Origin: Alphaproteobacteria bacterium
GTDB lineage: Bacteria; Pseudomonadota; Alphaproteobacteria; SP197
Length of the DNA stretch: 64,000 bases
NCBI GenBank assembly: GCA_964291265.2
Contig: OZ219747.1
Coordinates: forward strand, 3,904,001-3,968,000
Reading direction: 5' to 3'
Shown: piece after piece, positions 1 to 10,433 of the stretch
Layout: the number at the start of each line of letters is the position of its first letter
How positions within the stretch are numbered: the first letter of the stretch is position 1
Translations under genes and position numbers: made by a program
Notes under the pieces: model-generated
What the model saw: the letters and a program-made list of their open reading frames with translations, nothing else
What the model was told of the DNA's origin: nothing
Databases searched by the model: none

Positions 1-1003
1 CCACGAGCCGGTCCTCGGAGATCCACGGCATCATGGCACGGAGCCTCTCGCCGACTTCTTCGATGGGATGCTCGGCAGCACGCCGACGCATTGCCTTGAA
101 GCTCGTCTGGCCGACCTCGTTCTCCAGCATCCAGTCCCGGGCAAAGCGTCCCGACTGGATCTCGGCGAGAATCGTCTTCATGCGCAGCCTCGCCTCGTCA
201 TCGATGACACGGGGGCCGCGGGTGTAATCGCCATACTCTGCCGTGTTGGACACCGAATAGCGCATGTTCGCGATCCCGCCCTCGTAGATCAGATCGACGA
301 TGAGCTTCACCTCGTGGAGTGTCTCGAAATAGGCCATTTCGGGGGCGTAGCCGGCATCGACCAGGGTCTCGTAGGCAGCCATGATGAGAGCCGTCAGCCC
401 GCCGCACAGCACGACCTGTTCTCCGAAGAGATCGGTCTCGCATTCCTCCCGGAACGTGGTTTCGATGACGCCCGCGCGCCCGCCCCCAATGGCGCAGGCA
501 TAGCTCAGGCCGATCTCATGGGAAAGGTTGCCCGGATCCTGGGCCACAGCCAGCAGGCAAGGAACGCCCGCTCCCCTGGCAAACTCGCCACGCACCGTGT
601 GCCCGGGCCCCTTGGGAGCCACCATGATCACGTTGAGATCGGCACGGGGCTCGATGAGATTGAAGTGTATGTTGAGACCATGGGCAAAGGCAAGGGTTGC
701 CCCGTCGCGCAGGTTGGGCGCGAGGTCGTCATTGTAGAGGCGTCTTTGCCCTTCGTCGGGAGTGACGACCATGACAAGGTCGGCCCGGCGTGCCGCTTCG
801 GCAGTGTCCATCACCTTGAGTCCCTCGGCCTCGGCCTTGGGCGCGCTCGGGGAGCCTGGCCTCAGGCCGATCGCCAGGTCCCTGACTCCGCTGTCCCTCA
901 GATTCAGCGCGTGGGCGTGCCCCTGGCTGCCATAGCCGATGATGGCGACCTTGCTGGCCTTGATGAGGTTCAGGTCAGCGTCGTGATCGTAGTAGACGCG
1001 CAT
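1..1003 (-). CDS. ilvC: Ketol-acid reductoisomerase (3' end runs off the window)
   Basis: Manual translation from ATG 1003: [39 protein letters not shown]...[13 protein letters not shown]; follows ilvH. Confidence 0.96.
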   Translation of the reverse strand, partial: MRVYYDHDADLNLIKASKVAIIGYGSQGHAHALNLRDSGVRDLAIGLRPGSPSAPKAEAEGLKVMDTAEAARRADLVMVVTPDEGQRRLYNDDLAPNLRDGATLAFAHGLNIHFNLIEPRADLNVIMVAPKGPGHTVRGEFARGAGVPCLLAVAQDPGNLSHEIGLSYACAIGGGRAGVIETTFREECETDLFGEQVVLCGGLTALIMAAYETLVDAGYAPEMAYFETLHEVKLIVDLIYEGGIANMRYSVSNTAEYGDYTRGPRVIDDEARLRMKTILAEIQSGRFARDWMLENEVGQTSFKAMRRRAAEHPIEEVGERLRAMMPWISEDRLV

Positions 1004-1030
1004 GGCAGTGCTCCGGACAAGGTGGTGGGT

Positions 1031-1555
1031 TCAGATCGGATCGGGGCCGCGGGAAATGGCAGCCACGCCGGTGCGGGAGACATCGACAAGTCCCAGCGGG
1101 CGCATGAGATCGACAAAGGCCGAGATCTTGTCGAGCGATCCGGTGATTTCGAACACAAAGGAGCCGATGGTGCTGTCGACGACCCTGGCGCGAAAGATAT
1201 CGGCGATCCGCAGGGCCTCGACCCGCCTGTCGCCGGTGCTCGCCACCTTCAAGAGGGCCAGTTCCCGTTCGACGTGCGCGCCCCGGGTCACGAAATCGCA
1301 GACCCTGTGCACCGGTACGATGCGCTGCAACTGCGCCATGATCTGGGCGATCACCATTTCGGATCCGCTCGTCACGATGGTGACGCGTGACAGCCCGGCG
1401 GACTCGTCGACCTCGTTGACGGTCAGCGAATCGATGTTGTAGCCGCGCCCGGAGAACAGTCCGACGACGCGCGCCAACACGCCCGGTTCGTTGTCGACCA
1501 GAACGGCGATCGTCGCTTTCCTCGTGGAGACGGTCCTCTTTTCGGCAACAGGCAT
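1031..1555 (-). CDS. ilvH: Acetolactate synthase small (regulatory ACT) subunit
   Basis: VLVDNEPGVLARVVGLFSGRGYNIDSL, ERELAL, RTG motifs; lies between ilvB and ilvC. Confidence 0.96.
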   Translation of the reverse strand: MPVAEKRTVSTRKATIAVLVDNEPGVLARVVGLFSGRGYNIDSLTVNEVDESAGLSRVTIVTSGSEMVIAQIMAQLQRIVPVHRVCDFVTRGAHVERELALLKVASTGDRRVEALRIADIFRARVVDSTIGSFVFEITGSLDKISAFVDLMRPLGLVDVSRTGVAAISRGPDPI

Positions 1556-1567
1556 GTCGTTTGGATC

Positions 1568-3340
1568 CTAGACCAGGACCATGCCCTGTTCTCTGTGGGC
1601 CTGATCGAGCACCACTTCCTCATCGGGACTCATGGTCACCTGATTGTGGGCGGCGCCGGCAGGGATCATGGGATAGACGTTCTCGTCCGGGTCGACGACG
1701 ATATCGGCGATCACCGTGCGGGGCGTGGCGATCATCTCGTCGACAACATCCTCGAGTTCGTCGGGGTTGGCGGCCCGCAATCCGACAGCACCATAGGCCT
1801 CGGCGAGTTTCACGAAGTCGGGCAGCGAATCCATGTAGCTTTCGGAGTAACGTCCGCCAAAGAAGAACTCCTGCCACTGGCGCACCATTCCCATCCACCT
1901 GTTGTTGAGAATGAACGCCTTGACCGGCAAACGGTACTGCGCCAGCGTCGACATCTCCTGCATGTTCATGAGGATCGAGGCCTCGCCTGCGACATCGACG
2001 ACAAGAGCGTCAGGGTGGGCGATCTGGACGCCGAGCGCCGCTGGCAGCCCATAGCCCATGGTGCCCAGCCCGCCGGACGTCATCCAGTGGTTGGGCTTCT
2101 CGAAGTGCAGGAACTGGGCTGCCCACATCTGGTGCTGACCGACCTCGGTGGTGATGTAGACATCGTCCCTGCCGGCGATGCGCCGGTTGAGAACCTCGAG
2201 CGCCTGCTGCGGCTTGATCAGGGTGTCGGAGCGCTTGTAGCTGAACGACTTGCGCCGGCGCCACGCGCCGATCTGGGTCCACCACTGGTCCAAAGCGTCA
2301 CCGTCACAGCGCGCCTGACGCGACTTCCAGAGCTTGATGAAGTGTTCGAGCACGTAGCCGCAGTCGCCGATGATGGGCACATCGACATGGATGTTCTTGT
2401 TGATCGACGAGGCGTCGATGTCGATGTGGATCTTGCGCGATTCAGGCGAAAACGCATCGGTCCGCCCCGTCACGCGATCATCAAACCTGGCGCCTATGCA
2501 GAGCATCACATCGCAGTCGTGCATGCACATGTTGGCTTCCAGCGAGCCGTGCATGCCGACCATGCCGATGAAGTTCCGGTTGGACGCCGGCAGGGAGCCC
2601 AGCCCCATGAGGGTGAGCGTAGTGGGAATGCCTGTCATGTTGACGAGATTCGTCAACAGCTGTGAGGCCGCGGGACCCGAATTGATGACGCCGCCTCCGG
2701 CATAGATCAGAGGCCGCCTGGCGCCTGCCAGCAGATCGACAGCTTCGGAAATCCGCTCGGGGTCTCCCTTGAGGAGGGGACTGTAAGTGGGATGCTGCAT
2801 CGGCGCCGATGGCCGGGCATAGACGGTGGAGGCCGTCACCACGTCCTTGGGCAGGTCCACCACAACCGGACCGGGACGTCCGCTGGCGGCGACCAGGAAC
2901 GCTTCCCTGACAACGCGCGCGAGGTCGCCGACATTCTTCACCAGATAGTTGTGCTTGGTGCAGGGCCGTGTGATGCCGACGGTATCCGCTTCCTGGAAGG
3001 CATCGTTGCCGATCAGGTGCGTGGGCACCTGGCCCGTCAGACAGACCACGGGCACCGAGTCCATCCAGGCGTCGGCAAGGCCGGTCACGCAGTTGGTTGC
3101 TCCCGGGCCGGAGGTCACAAGCACGACGCCGACCTTGCCGGTCGAGCGGGCATATCCTTCCGCCGCATGCACCGCTGCGCCCTCCTGGCGCACCAGGATG
3201 TGTCGCAGGCTGTTCTGCTGGCACAGCGCATCATAGATCGGCAGCACGGCGCCGCCTGGATAACCGAAGATGACATCCACACCGAGATCCTGGAGGACCT
3301 TGACGAGAATCTCCGAACCGGTCATCTGCTTGTCGGTCAC
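1568..3340 (-). CDS. ilvB: Acetolactate synthase large subunit (biosynthetic)
   Basis: FGYPGGA, TSGPGATN, SGGLGTMGYG, GMVRQWQ motifs; probable GTG start 3340 after GGAGAG. Confidence 0.96.
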   Translation of the reverse strand: MTDKQMTGSEILVKVLQDLGVDVIFGYPGGAVLPIYDALCQQNSLRHILVRQEGAAVHAAEGYARSTGKVGVVLVTSGPGATNCVTGLADAWMDSVPVVCLTGQVPTHLIGNDAFQEADTVGITRPCTKHNYLVKNVGDLARVVREAFLVAASGRPGPVVVDLPKDVVTASTVYARPSAPMQHPTYSPLLKGDPERISEAVDLLAGARRPLIYAGGGVINSGPAASQLLTNLVNMTGIPTTLTLMGLGSLPASNRNFIGMVGMHGSLEANMCMHDCDVMLCIGARFDDRVTGRTDAFSPESRKIHIDIDASSINKNIHVDVPIIGDCGYVLEHFIKLWKSRQARCDGDALDQWWTQIGAWRRRKSFSYKRSDTLIKPQQALEVLNRRIAGRDDVYITTEVGQHQMWAAQFLHFEKPNHWMTSGGLGTMGYGLPAALGVQIAHPDALVVDVAGEASILMNMQEMSTLAQYRLPVKAFILNNRWMGMVRQWQEFFFGGRYSESYMDSLPDFVKLAEAYGAVGLRAANPDELEDVVDEMIATPRTVIADIVVDPDENVYPMIPAGAAHNQVTMSPDEEVVLDQAHREQGMVLV

Positions 3341-3433
3341 GAGTCCATCTCTCCGCTGCAGGCGCCAACGGCGCAATCAGGTCAATTCACGGAAGTCCCC
3401 GCGCGCGTCTTGGCGCCGCGTCGCAAGTGCCGG

Positions 3434-3462
3434 AACTTATGCGGACGGCCGTCCGCGGTCAA
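3434..3462 (-). promoter_or_regulatory. Putative sigma70 promoter of ilvBHC with palindromic spacer
   Basis: TTGACC-N17-TAAGTT on the minus strand; spacer holds perfect palindrome GCGGACGGCCGTCCGC (3441-3456). Confidence 0.55.
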
Positions 3463-3503
3463 CAGAAACCTCACTCTTCCAGGCATCCGCGCCTGTCGAT
3501 ACT

Positions 3504-3527
3504 CCCCCCCCCCCCCCCCCCCCCCCC
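3504..3527. repeat. C24 homopolymer tract
   Basis: 24 consecutive C at the junction between the ilvB promoter region and accessory DNA. Confidence 0.9.
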
Positions 3528-3952
3528 GAGCGTGGATTCGCAGGACACGTTCAAGTTCACCGGCAACCGCGCCGCCCCTTCTGCTTGCGACGGGTTGATC
3601 GGTGTTGCCGTTCTGCCCCCCGACACCATCCCGTGACGGAGTTCCGGCAAGCCACCCGATCAGGACAGATGGAGTCGGGCGCGATCCTCCCCGCAAGGAA
3701 ACACTGCACGTTCCGCCGCGGTCGTTGAGAAGATCGCCGGTCCAGCGACGGCCAACCGACATCGACTCCTTGCGCGATCGACATCCAACACAGTGCGCGG
3801 GCCGGCGGTCAAGATTCTCAACGTGAGATCATCAATGGGCGTCGCCCCAACAGCGGGCTTGCGCGAGGTCATCATTCGGCATCTGGATCGCTCCCTTCTC
3901 GAACCTGATCGGCGTCGCCCGTCAGACGACGGTTGAATAACGTCGCTCAACC

Positions 3953-4219
3953 GTGGAAAGTAGTGAAGGAGCCGGATACGGGCCGTCGCTCACTCTCGTC
4001 ACACGGCGCCAGGAGAGGTGCACAGAGATCAACATCAAGGACAACGCAAGCGGCGTGTCGCCCGACATCATCGCCAAGGCATGCCCCCCTTTGCACCGCC
4101 GGGGCGCCGTTCGGACCATGCTGTTCCAGGCGATGTCGTTCGTCTCCGGAAGGGGTGAGATCAGGGTGGAGTCCGAACCGCCGCCGGAAACGGCGGCGAA
4201 GGAATCGAGGACGCGCTGA
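3953..4219 (+). pseudogene. Remnant of a histidine kinase HATPase C-terminus
   Basis: LTLVTRRQERCTEINIKDNASGVSPDII...GEIRVESEP resembles the G1 box (DNGxG) and final strands; F/G2 boxes and N-terminus are missing. Confidence 0.5.
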
Positions 4220-4241
4220 ACAACGGCCGGGAGCACATCAC

Positions 4242-5507
4242 ATGGCGCCAGCGACGAGACGGTGTTTTCTTCGATACGGCCTCGCCGGATGCCTGATGGG
4301 GCTCGGTGCGAAGTCGTCTCGCGCGACAACGTCACCGGGGGTCACCGACAGCGAGATCGTCTTGGGAATGTCTGCCGCGTTCTCGGGACCCTCGCGAGGT
4401 CTCGGCATCGAGCTGTTTCGTGGAGCCAGCGCCTACTTCGAACATGTCAACCAGAACGGCGGCGTCAGGGGCAGGAAGGTCGTCCTGAAGACCTACGACG
4501 ATGGCTATCAACCGGATCCCGCGGTCAAGAACACACTGACTCTCATGCTGGAAGACGAGGTCTTTGCCTTGTTCGGCTATGTCGGCACGCCGACGGTGAC
4601 GCGCGTCCTTCCCATGCTCAAGAAGTTTCAGGAGAGACAGGTCTACCTGTTCTTTCCGTTCACCGGCGCACAGCCCCAGCGGGAGCCGCCCTACGGGGAC
4701 TTCGCCTTCAATCTGCGCGCCTCCTACCGGCAGGAGACAGCGGGTCTTGTCGAGAACCTTGTCGACATCGGTCGCAGGCGCATTGCGGTCTTCTATCAGG
4801 CCGACGCCTACGGCCGCAGCGGCTGGGCGGGCGTGCGCCAGGCCTTGAAGATCCACGGCGAGCGGATTGTCGGTGAAGCGACCTACAGGCGGGGTTCGAA
4901 GTTCACCGGCGTCATGCGTGACCAGGTGGAGATCCTCAAGGCCTCGCGCCCCGATGCCGTCATCTGCATCGGGGCCTATGCCGCATGCGCCGCCTTTCTC
5001 CGGGACGCCGTGGACCTCGGACTGCAGGTGCCCATCGCCAATGTTTCCTTTGTCGGGAGCGAAAACCTGCTCAATCTCATCACCCAGGGGCGTGGCGACG
5101 GCGAGCGATACACCGATCTCCTGGTGAACTCGCAGGTTGTGCCCAGCTACCATGACACGACGATCCCGGCGGTCAAGCAATACCAGGAGCTGATGGCGCT
5201 CCATGCTCCCTCGGCCCCAGAGAAACTGCTGAAGGAAAGCTATGCGCCGTTCTCGCACAGCTTTGTAAGCCTTGAGGGCTTTCTCGATGCCAAGATGATG
5301 GTCGAGATTCTCGAGCGCCTTGGCCGAAGCCCGGAACGAGGCGCACTGGAGGATGCGGTCTTCAGCATATCGGACTACGACCTGGGAATCGGCGAGGCCG
5401 TGTCATTCGGACCGCAGCGGCGTCAGGGCCTGCAGGGAGTCTATTACACCGTTGTCGATGAGGGTCGCTTCGTTCCGCTCCACCACTGGCAAGGCAGGTT
5501 TGGCTGA
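4242..5507 (+). CDS. Periplasmic binding protein (type 1, LivJ-like), probable Tat signal
   Basis: RRCFL twin-arginine motif; EIVLGMSAAFSGP, GGVRGRKV, DDGYQP, GYVGTPT; RBS GGGAG before ATG 4242. Confidence 0.85.
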   Translation: MAPATRRCFLRYGLAGCLMGLGAKSSRATTSPGVTDSEIVLGMSAAFSGPSRGLGIELFRGASAYFEHVNQNGGVRGRKVVLKTYDDGYQPDPAVKNTLTLMLEDEVFALFGYVGTPTVTRVLPMLKKFQERQVYLFFPFTGAQPQREPPYGDFAFNLRASYRQETAGLVENLVDIGRRRIAVFYQADAYGRSGWAGVRQALKIHGERIVGEATYRRGSKFTGVMRDQVEILKASRPDAVICIGAYAACAAFLRDAVDLGLQVPIANVSFVGSENLLNLITQGRGDGERYTDLLVNSQVVPSYHDTTIPAVKQYQELMALHAPSAPEKLLKESYAPFSHSFVSLEGFLDAKMMVEILERLGRSPERGALEDAVFSISDYDLGIGEAVSFGPQRRQGLQGVYYTVVDEGRFVPLHHWQGRFG

Positions 5508-5508
5508 C

Positions 5509-6258
5509 ATGAAAATACCCAAACTGTTCCGCAAGACACTCTTTGGCGTTTTCCTTCTGTTCGGTGTGATCGGGGTATCGACGTCCTTGCTGTGTATCTA
5601 CACGGTCGACACGCACTTGTCCAGAGAGTATGAGGCGAACAGCAGGGGCATCGCCAAGACCATTGCCAATGCCAGCGTGAATATCCTGCTCAACAGCAAC
5701 CTCACCGCCCTGCAGTCCATGATTGATCAGTTCATCGAGATTCAGGGTGTGAGCTACATTTACATTACAAGCGAAACCGGGGAAATCCTTGCCCATACCT
5801 TCGTGCCGGGCATTCCAGACGAAATCACGGCCGGTGATGTGACCGGCACGGCAACGGTGGAGCGCAGCCTGCCCGGCAAGGGCGACTTCATCGAGGTAGG
5901 GAGCCCGATATTGGCGGGCGTGGCCGGTACGGTTCACATAGGCATGGACACGGGGTTGATCGCATTGAAAATCCAGAGGGCCATCGGTCAGCAGATTTAC
6001 CTTATCTGCACGATATTCGTCGTCGGTGTCTTTGCCGCCATCTGGTTCGTCAACTATGCGGCCAGACCGGTTGACGGGCTTCTGACTTTCGCTGTCAGTC
6101 TCGCACGTGAGCAGGCGGCTGATGGAGCAGCCGGTGAGAAGTTGCTGACCCGCAACGACGAAGCCGGGGATCTGGCGCGACTGATACTTCACTTTTCGCA
6201 AGTGACGGAGTCCGATGGAACGAAACGGCAGCCAGAGTCAAGGCACGACGGGGAGTAG
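5509..6258 (+). CDS. Two-TM membrane sensor-like protein with periplasmic domain and HAMP-like tail, no output domain
   Basis: TM-periplasmic domain-TM-RPV...RNDEAGDLAR HAMP-like pattern; starts 1 nt after the binding protein stop. Confidence 0.7.
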   Translation: MKIPKLFRKTLFGVFLLFGVIGVSTSLLCIYTVDTHLSREYEANSRGIAKTIANASVNILLNSNLTALQSMIDQFIEIQGVSYIYITSETGEILAHTFVPGIPDEITAGDVTGTATVERSLPGKGDFIEVGSPILAGVAGTVHIGMDTGLIALKIQRAIGQQIYLICTIFVVGVFAAIWFVNYAARPVDGLLTFAVSLAREQAADGAAGEKLLTRNDEAGDLARLILHFSQVTESDGTKRQPESRHDGE

Positions 6259-6264
6259 TCCGAC

Positions 6265-7581
6265 ATGACACGGTCGCGAATAGTCACGATCCTGTGCTGT
6301 ACACTGCTTCAAGTCTGCCTGGGTACCGTCTACGCGTGGAGCTTTTTCCAGACACTCCTCGTCAGGCAGCTGGGTTGGTCGTTCACGGACACGGCCCTGG
6401 CCTTCAGCATCACCATATTCTCGCTCGGCATGTCCGCGGCGGGAGCGGGCATGCTCTTGCCGAGGGTTGGTCCCCGGCGACTGGCGCTCGCTGGAAGCGC
6501 GATGTTCTCGGCAGGCTACATCCTGGGGGGATTCGCACTCCACATGGACAGTCTTGCGCTCTTCTATCTTGGTTACGGCGTGATCGGGGGTATCGGCATC
6601 GGCCTCGGCTACGTCACACCCGTTGCCACAGTGGCCAAGTGGTTCCCTGACCGCAAGGGACTGGCGACCGGCATTGTCGTCATGGGCTTCGGGGTAGGGG
6701 CCGTTGTCCTGAGCATGGGACTCGCGCCGTTGCTGGTGGTCGAAACACAAGGAGACCTGCCGCTTGTCTTCATATGGCTTGGCGTGGTGTTTGCCGTCGT
6801 GCTGATCCCGTGCAGTTGGGCGCTGCGGGATCCACCAACAGACATCACGGACCACCTTGCTGGCGCTGAGAGTTCAGGTGAGCGAGAGGACGACCCTGGC
6901 TCGACTTCGCGTTGCCTGCTGTCCGGTGAATTCGCCATCATGTGGATTGTCTTCTTCTTCAACATCGCCGCCGGAATTGCCGTAATCAGCTTTCAGTCAC
7001 CCCTGCTTCAGGACGTCTGGGGACTCGCCGATCCGTCAGTGGAGCCGGAAACTCTCGCCGAGTATGGCGCCACCCTGATTGCCGTAAGCTCGCTTTGCAA
7101 CGGTATCGGACGGCTGTTCTGGGGATTGCTTTCCGATAGAATTGGTCGTGTCCGCGTGTTCAGAATTCTGCTTGCCAGCCAGATGATCGCCTTTGGAATT
7201 CTGATGACCGAACGTGATCCGTGGATTTTTTCAATTCTCGTGTGCTACATCCTCCTGTGTTTCGGCGGCGGCTTCGCGACGATGCCCTCCTTCATTCTGG
7301 ATGTCTTCGGAATACGGAGAATGCCGTCAGTTTACGGCGTGATGTTGACGGCCTGGGCGGCGGCAGGGGTTTGTGGTCCCCTCTACATCGGCTATCTCAA
7401 GGATCAGTATCCAGACCGCGCCATCATCTACAGCTTCCTCATCGGTGTGCTGATCCTGGGCGCTGGATACGTCTTTTCCTATCTGTTGAATGACGGTAGA
7501 ATTCGACTTCGACGACCCACTGTGGAAGGCACCTTGCGGCAGTACGGAATTGCGGTACCGCGTCACGGATCTGCGGGGTGA
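6265..7581 (+). CDS. MFS transporter, oxalate/formate antiporter (OFA) family
   Basis: LGTVYAWS, KWFPDRKGLATG, NGIGRLFWGLLSDRIGR, FGGGF; about 12 TM segments. Confidence 0.88.
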   Translation: MTRSRIVTILCCTLLQVCLGTVYAWSFFQTLLVRQLGWSFTDTALAFSITIFSLGMSAAGAGMLLPRVGPRRLALAGSAMFSAGYILGGFALHMDSLALFYLGYGVIGGIGIGLGYVTPVATVAKWFPDRKGLATGIVVMGFGVGAVVLSMGLAPLLVVETQGDLPLVFIWLGVVFAVVLIPCSWALRDPPTDITDHLAGAESSGEREDDPGSTSRCLLSGEFAIMWIVFFFNIAAGIAVISFQSPLLQDVWGLADPSVEPETLAEYGATLIAVSSLCNGIGRLFWGLLSDRIGRVRVFRILLASQMIAFGILMTERDPWIFSILVCYILLCFGGGFATMPSFILDVFGIRRMPSVYGVMLTAWAAAGVCGPLYIGYLKDQYPDRAIIYSFLIGVLILGAGYVFSYLLNDGRIRLRRPTVEGTLRQYGIAVPRHGSAG

Positions 7582-7744
7582 ACACAAGACCCTCCCTGGT
7601 GTCCCTGCCATGTCGAGCGGGTGTGACAACCGGGAGACTTGCCCCCTGACGAGGAACGGCAGGCCTCCCCCTGTACTCGGTTGCCCGCAGCGTGTCGGCG
7701 CACGTCTCACGGGCGGCGGCACACCGACGTGGGCTGCCTGAAGA

Positions 7745-8698
7745 TCACGCCATGCGGGTGGAAGAGGCTGACAGGAAACGCCGGGCCAGGGTGATGATGT
7801 GGTCCGCGCTTCCGTCGTCACCGAAGGCATCGAGGAGCAGTGCCTCTTCGGCCTGATGGCGGAACCACGTGAACTGCCTGCGGGCGTAGCGTCGCGTTGC
7901 CCGCCTCGCCTCGTCACACGCCTCTTCGAGAGTGAGACGTCCGGTCAGGTGAGCCGTGAGACTAGCGAGACCGACACAACGTGTGGCCGGCAGGGATGGG
8001 GCGAGACGTCGTGCCGCGAAGGCCTCGGCTTCCTCGAGGGCGCCCGCTGCCATCATCCCGTCAAAGCGGCCAACCGCGCGTTCGAAGAGCAGGGCACGGT
8101 CAGGAAGCAGGCTGATCTGCCACAGTGGTCCCTTCCAACCTCCCTCGCGGGATCGCGTCATCCACTCGGAGAGCCGCGTTCCGGTGGCCTCGTGAACCTC
8201 GTGGGCCCGGGCGACCCGCTGGCCGTCGGTGGACGCAAGAACCACCGCCAGGTCCGGGTCGATCCGCTCAAGGTCGGCGTGAAGCGCTGCGGGGCCCTCG
8301 GTCGCCAGACGCTGGCGGACCCTTTCGCGGATGCCGCCCGGAATGTCCGGGATCGGCGCCAGTCCCTCGCGGAATGCCTTGAGATAGAGACCGGTCCCGC
8401 CGACAACGATCGGCACCAGGCCGGATGAGGACACCTCGAGGCAGATCCCGCGTGCACGACGATGCCACAGACCGGCCGAACAGGGTGCGGCCGCATCGAG
8501 AAAGCCGAAGAGGTGGTGCCCGCAGCGCGCTTCGTCCGAAGCCGTCGGACGGGACGTCAGGATCGCGAGATCTGCATAGACCTGCATGCTGTCGGCATTG
8601 ACGATGACGCCGCCCACGTCCTCGGCAAGGCGCATGGCGAGGTTCGACTTGCCCGATGCGGTCGGCCCGCCAATGAGGATGACCGGACCGGTCTCCAC
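7745..8698 (-). CDS. miaA: tRNA dimethylallyltransferase
   Basis: GPTASGKS, NADSMQVY, VGGTGLY, TRRYARRQFTWF; probable GTG start 8698. Confidence 0.95.
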   Translation of the reverse strand: METGPVILIGGPTASGKSNLAMRLAEDVGGVIVNADSMQVYADLAILTSRPTASDEARCGHHLFGFLDAAAPCSAGLWHRRARGICLEVSSSGLVPIVVGGTGLYLKAFREGLAPIPDIPGGIRERVRQRLATEGPAALHADLERIDPDLAVVLASTDGQRVARAHEVHEATGTRLSEWMTRSREGGWKGPLWQISLLPDRALLFERAVGRFDGMMAAGALEEAEAFAARRLAPSLPATRCVGLASLTAHLTGRLTLEEACDEARRATRRYARRQFTWFRHQAEEALLLDAFGDDGSADHIITLARRFLSASSTRMA

Positions 8699-8732
8699 GC
8701 CCTTGTTAAGCGCGCTCACCGGCGAAGGGGGA

Positions 8733-10203
8733 TCAACCGGAGATGTCCAGGGCCAGGTACCTCGGATCACCCTCGCGTTCGACGAGAACGACCACGGACC
8801 GGGCATTTCTTTTCCGTGCTGCCTCGAGGAGGTCCCTCACCTGCTGAACGGACTCCACCGCCTCGCGTCCGACATGGAGCAGGATGTCGCCGGCCTGGAC
8901 ACCTCCACGGTCCGCCGGGCCACCCGGTTCAACCCTCGCGACAACAAGACCCGTTGCCTCATCGTCAAGCCCGAACTCACGGGCAAGATCGGGGTTGACC
9001 GGACGGATCTCCATTCCGAGCAGAGCCTCTTGCCGGACATCCTCGGTGCTGTCGGCGCCGTCGCCTGTCTGGTCCGTGGCGCCGGCAAGGCTGGCTTCGT
9101 AGGCTTCGAGTTCTCCCAGCACCACATCGATGGCACGCTCCTCGCTGTCGCGGATGACGATGACCTCGACCTCGAGGCCTACCTCTGTCCGCACGACGGC
9201 ACGCGGCAATTCGCGCATGTCGTCAATCGGGATGCCGTTGAAGCTCACGATGGTGTCGCCGATCTGGAACCCGGCAGCTTCAGCAGGACTGTCAGGCGTG
9301 ACACTCGCCACAAGGGCGCCGCTCGCTTCGGGGAGACCGAGACCTTCGGCGATTTCCGGGGTGACCGGCTGAATGCGCACGCCGAGCCAGCCGCGGCGTG
9401 TCCGGCCATACTCCTTCAACTGGTGGACGACATGCGCCACCACGTTCGAGGGGACGGCAAATCCGATTCCCACGGATCCACCCGACGGCGAGTAGATCAG
9501 GGTGTTCACGCCGATGACCTCGCCGTCGATGTTGAACAGCGGTCCCCCCGAATTGCCGCGGTTGATGGGCGCGTCGGTCTGCAGGAACTGATCATAGGGA
9601 CCGGCGTTGATGTCCCGCTGGCGCGCCGAAATGACACCCGCCGTCACGGAATTGCCGAAGCCGAAGGGGTTGCCGATGGCAAGGGCGACATCTCCGATGC
9701 GCACGACATCCGAATCGCCGAAGGCCACCGCCGGCAACGTGCCGTCTGCCTCGACGCTGAGCAAAGCAATGTCGGTCTTGGAATCAGTCGCCACCACGGT
9801 GGCCTCGTGTTCGGTTCCGTCGTCAAGGCGCACGAGGATCTTCGAAGCCTTGTCGATGACATGGGCGTTGGTCACGATGTGGCCATCTTCGTGGATGATG
9901 AACCCGGATCCCAGCGCCCACGGCGCCGAGCGCGGCGCGCTGTTCTCCCTGTCAGGATTCTGCCGGTTGAAGAACCGCTCGAAGAACTCCTCGAACGGTG
10001 TTCCCGAGTAGGGATTGGTCCCTGAACGGTTTCCGTCGGCGACCTCGGTTTCGGTGAAGATCGATACCACCGAGGGAAGCAGGCGCTCCGCCAGGTCGGC
10101 ATGGCCTTCGCCCGTCCCGTGTGCATGGCTTGCGGTGCCGGAGAAACCGGCAAGGAGAAAAGTCAAAACAACAGGGAGATAACCAGTCCGGTTCATCGTC
10201 ATG
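8733..10203 (-). CDS. degP: DegP/DegQ (Do family) periplasmic serine protease with two PDZ domains
   Basis: GSGF, TNAHV, DIAL, INRGNSGGPL; signal peptide; exact start uncertain (10197-10229). Confidence 0.93.
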
Positions 10204-10229
10204 TCACGACCTCTGTCTAGGCATGTCAT

Positions 10230-10405
10230 TCAGCCGCGCAACAACCAGACGGCTGTCACGGCGGCCAGGTCTACCGGCAGACCGTTCGCACGGTGGACTG
10301 GGCCAGAACATGCACCATGGCCCGCTTCATGGCGCCCGGGAACTGTGCCCAGGCGACGCCTCGAGGAAACAGGGCCATGGCACGCGCCACAGCAAGGTCT
10401 GTCAT
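10230..10405 (-). pseudogene. Frameshifted DUF2065-like small membrane protein
   Basis: MTDLAVA..MALF..GVAWA.FPGAMKRAMVHVLAQ...AVWLLRG* at the usual hflC-degP position; 176 nt, frame broken. Confidence 0.6.
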
Positions 10406-10433
10406 CGGCGCCCGGTCAGACGGTGTTCCACCC

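Noticed and set aside
68-1390. Long + strand ORF and many similar shadow ORFs (e.g. 8586-10025, 21864-24185, 24019-26007, 27979-29733)
   Set aside because: Antisense or alternate-frame shadows of well-supported genes in high-GC DNA.
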